From Lingula anatina (Eukaryota; Animalia; Brachiopoda): a stretch of DNA of 64,000 nucleotides. The DNA lies in NCBI GenBank assembly GCA_051362555.1, contig CM120648.1:16302587-16366586 (forward strand), written 5' to 3'. Shown in pieces: positions 60,668-64,000 of the stretch. The notes beneath the pieces are model-generated. The model saw nothing but the letters and a program-made list of their open reading frames with translations. It was not told the origin of the DNA and made no database searches. The translations under genes were made by a program, and so were the position numbers. The stretch's first letter is position 1. The number at the start of each line of letters is the position of its first letter.

Positions 60668-62285
60668 TATTACTAGTAGTTCCGCAAGAATAAAGATAAC
60701 TGCTTTTAGCAATGAAAAACCTAAATGAGGTGGACTTAACAGGCAATTAAATGGAAAATTGAAACTAGCACTACTTCAGTGAAGTGTAAGCGTAAACACT
60801 ATATAAATCTCTGAAATAATTCCCCACATATTTTAATAATAGGTGCACACAGCGGAAGCAATGCAAAACAAACTTTGAGATCACCTAAAGCAATCACAAA
60901 AAAGATACTATGATGACCTGTCTGCTTTGCTTGTAGTAACAGCTGCCCTGATTCTGATTTTCGATGAAATCAACCCAAATACAATCTTATTTCCAACATA
61001 TGCATATTTTGCCAGACAAGAGCCTGTCCAGGACAGGAAACTTGAAAAAGCAACACGTTCGTGACGAAAGGTGCACGTGTTGGGCGATGGGGCTGGTGGC
61101 CATTTTGTCTACTGCAATGTAATCCCTGTATAACAAAGACCTCTGAGCAAATTTTGATTGCGTTGTTTCTCAAGAAGTCTCAAGAGTTTTGTTTTTCCTG
61201 TCTTTACAAAAAGTGCCTTGAGCAAATCATCCCATTTTTTTTCCAATATGTCTTATTGCTGTAAGAATCATTTTCGAATCCCCGTCTCTGTTTATTTGTT
61301 CGTTTAATATTTTATTTTATTTATTTCATCCTAAGTTTTCACCAGTAATATTGTTTTAAACTTTTATTGTTCTTAGTCCGAGATATATCTATATAACAGT
61401 GTTGTTTTGGGTGTACAGAGTAATTGGGGGGGGGGTATGTATGCTGTCAATTTCCTTTACCTTCGGTACCATTTCTCTTTAATTTATGTCAAATGTAATA
61501 ACATTTCAAATGTAATTTTGTCATTCACTTACATATCTAGTATCATTATCAAGCTGAAAAATATTTTATAACAACTCAAATTCCATGTAATACATTAAAT
61601 AACAAAGGGTTATCAGTACAATTGAAGCAACTTTTCTGGGCAAATCTAATTTGGAGACTTTGATCTGTCAATTTTTGGCTTCAATCTAGATGCTTAGAAA
61701 CACTGATCAGGTATATTTACGGTTAATCTAGAAATTGTTTTGTACCACCTAACATCTATCTTACGCATTATTTTTTCCAAGTATTCTCATGCACTATGTA
61801 ATCCCAGTTTTTGAATTAAGACCCTTGAGCAAATTCTGATTGTGTTGCTTCTCAAGAAGTACCAAGGGTTTTGTTTTTCCTGTCTTTACAAATAGTGCCT
61901 TGAGCAAATCATGGTTGTCTTGCTGCAACACCCTCCATCGTTACTTCCTCACATTGCTCCTCATGTGACTTATAATAATATTGGCCTTTAATTCTTAAGA
62001 TAGTTACAACAGTTTCTTACAAAAGCGCTGTCCATTAAGGAACAAAGATGAGAACTTATTTGAATAACCATCCAAAACCTGACGTGAGAGAGTAAGAATG
62101 CGGTGGCATATCTTTGCAAGTAATATCAAAATTTTGCCAGCTAAAAGCAAGAACCTATTCGGGGAGAGATGACCCTTACCTCTTAGGTACCTCATCTCCT
62201 TGAGCTGAACAACGATAATTACAGTCATTATGTACCTATGGTACGCCTGAACTATGAATTACGCTGAACTGCAATGGTATACTTA

Positions 62286-62447
62286 GACCCCAATCAGAAT
62301 AGGGGAATAACTAGTCCAAGGGTCAAATATGTCCGCCCACTTGGGATATCTATGCATTGTATATTAGAGGATTAGATATCAAGCTTTGTAGTGGGTCGCC
62401 ATACTTGACCCTCGGACAAGTAAGTCCTCTTTTCTGAATGGGTCCCT
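62286..62447. mobile_element. Small degenerate palindromic MITE
   Basis: ~55-bp imperfect inverted arms (GACCCCAATCAGAA...GGGTCAAATATG / CATACTTGACCC...TTCTGAATGGGTCC); absent from paralogous flanks near 7320 and 36575. Confidence 0.5.
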
Positions 62448-63491
62448 AGTGCTGCAGTGAGAGAATGCTAAGTGCTGGGTAATTTTGCAATTTTGTCTGA
62501 TCCCCACTTGATGTCGGATGGTTCGGTTTCACAGTTATTAAAACAGTAAAAACAATATCAAATATTGTGAAGTGTTTAAAATGTATTTTAATTCTTAACC
62601 ATGTATTCAAAAAGTATTCTGTCTTAATATATGCTGGTCAACCTTCTCCATCAATTTTCAGTTGACCGCACTAACCTTCACTCTTCTTTCATACATTAAA
62701 CGTCCTCGTAAATACACCATCGATGGGTTTTTCTGCACCAATCATTTTTTCTCTCTCTCTCTTTAGTATATCTTATTGCTGTTTTTTTATTTTTTTATCG
62801 ATATTTAGCATTATTATTTCACCACTAATATTTTCCTAAGATTGTATTGTTCTTCATCCCAGATATATCTATATAAAAGTGTAGTTTTGGGGGTACAGGG
62901 TGTATGAATGCTGTCAATTTCCTTCACTTTGCTACCATTTCTCTTTAATTCACACCATTCTTTTGTCACGCACTTACGTATCTCGTGTCCTTACCGAGCT
63001 GAAAAATATTTCATAACAAATAAAATTTCATGTAATAGGGCCTACATTGAATGACAAAGGGTAACACTACAATTTAACTGACTTTTCTGAACAAATCCAA
63101 TTCGGACAGTCTTTACTTGCATTGGGTTTCAACCATAAATATTTTGATCTGTCAATTTTTGGCTTCCAGACAGATGATTTAAAACAATAATCAGGTATAT
63201 TAACTGCAAAGTTTGATTTGTACCACCTAACACATATATTGTTTCCAAGGAATCTCGAGCATTATATAATCCCAGTGTTTGAACAAAGACCTTTGAGCAA
63301 ACTCTGATTGTGTTGTTTCACAAGAAGTCTCAAGGGTTTTGTTATTCCTACTTTACAAAAGGTGCCTTGAGCAAATCCTGCTTGTCTTGCTGCTCAGCCA
63401 TCCCCCCCCAATAGTTATTCTCTCACCCTGCTCCTTATAAAGCATATATATTTTTTACCTTTAATCATTAAGATAGATACAAAAAAAAAAA

Positions 63492-63538
<47 letters not shown>

Positions 63539-64000
63539 ATATATTCAAAGTGAGAATTAGTTCGAATTGTTATTGAATAAAAGTCTGAATGTTATTGGGG
63601 TGGAGCGGTTTTATTTTTTTATTTATTTATTTATTTTATTTATTTATTTATTTTTTTTTTTTTGATCACAGGCCTTTTCTTTTCCACCCCCATCCCCTTC
63701 CAACAAAAAAAATAATGAATGGTCCTCAATATTATAAACTGTGCTATTTCAAGATAGATAAACACATTATTTGTGATGGAAATGCTCTTTTCTAATCACA
63801 CCAATTTAACTAAAACATGGCACTTAATTTTGCCTTGGTTGTGAGTGCGGCCTTTAACTGACCGTTTCTTAAGGGTGTCACGACGAGTTTCATTTGAATA
63901 AAAACCCTGCTCAGAAAATACGATTAATATCCCCCTACTGACTACCTTTCAAAGTACTGTCTTCCTCTTATTTTCAAATCATTATTATTAGGCAATTCAA

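Noticed and set aside
1-64000. tRNA, rRNA or other structured RNA genes
   Set aside because: None recognised by eye; a tRNAscan/Infernal run would be needed to exclude them.

Overview
AT-rich, microsatellite-laden eukaryotic DNA, most likely an invertebrate animal; the taxon cannot be fixed from sequence alone. The backbone is a tandem array of intronless class A 7TM GPCR genes (FMRFamide-receptor-like/Srw-like) on the + strand. It holds one 5'-truncated copy at the window start, one intact copy (39150-40277), three pseudogenes, and the upstream flank of a probable sixth copy at the window end. The spacers carry many insertions whose limits can often be confirmed against empty sites in paralogous flanks: three Tc1-like elements, several MITEs, a Helitron/Helentron-type element and a decayed chromodomain-Gypsy relic. 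The centrepiece is a full-length 15,032-bp Polinton/Maverick (12280-27311; 483-bp TIRs, TGTACA TSD) nested inside a Tc1 element. It encodes pPolB (one stop, one frameshift), integrase-chromodomain, minor and major capsid, a basic core-like protein, adenain-like protease, PZ/PW-like proteins, a packaging ATPase and an accessory single-BIR (IAP-like) gene. The most intriguing inference is that the two N-terminal C2H2 fingers of pPolB have helices predicted to read GAG-GAG, and GAGGAG sites lie 37 and 88 bp inside each TIR. This suggests a self-encoded, possibly protease-released, origin-binding module. A candidate HSE/kB-like repeat array lies upstream of the ATPase unit. All family assignments come from reading motifs by eye, not from database searches.
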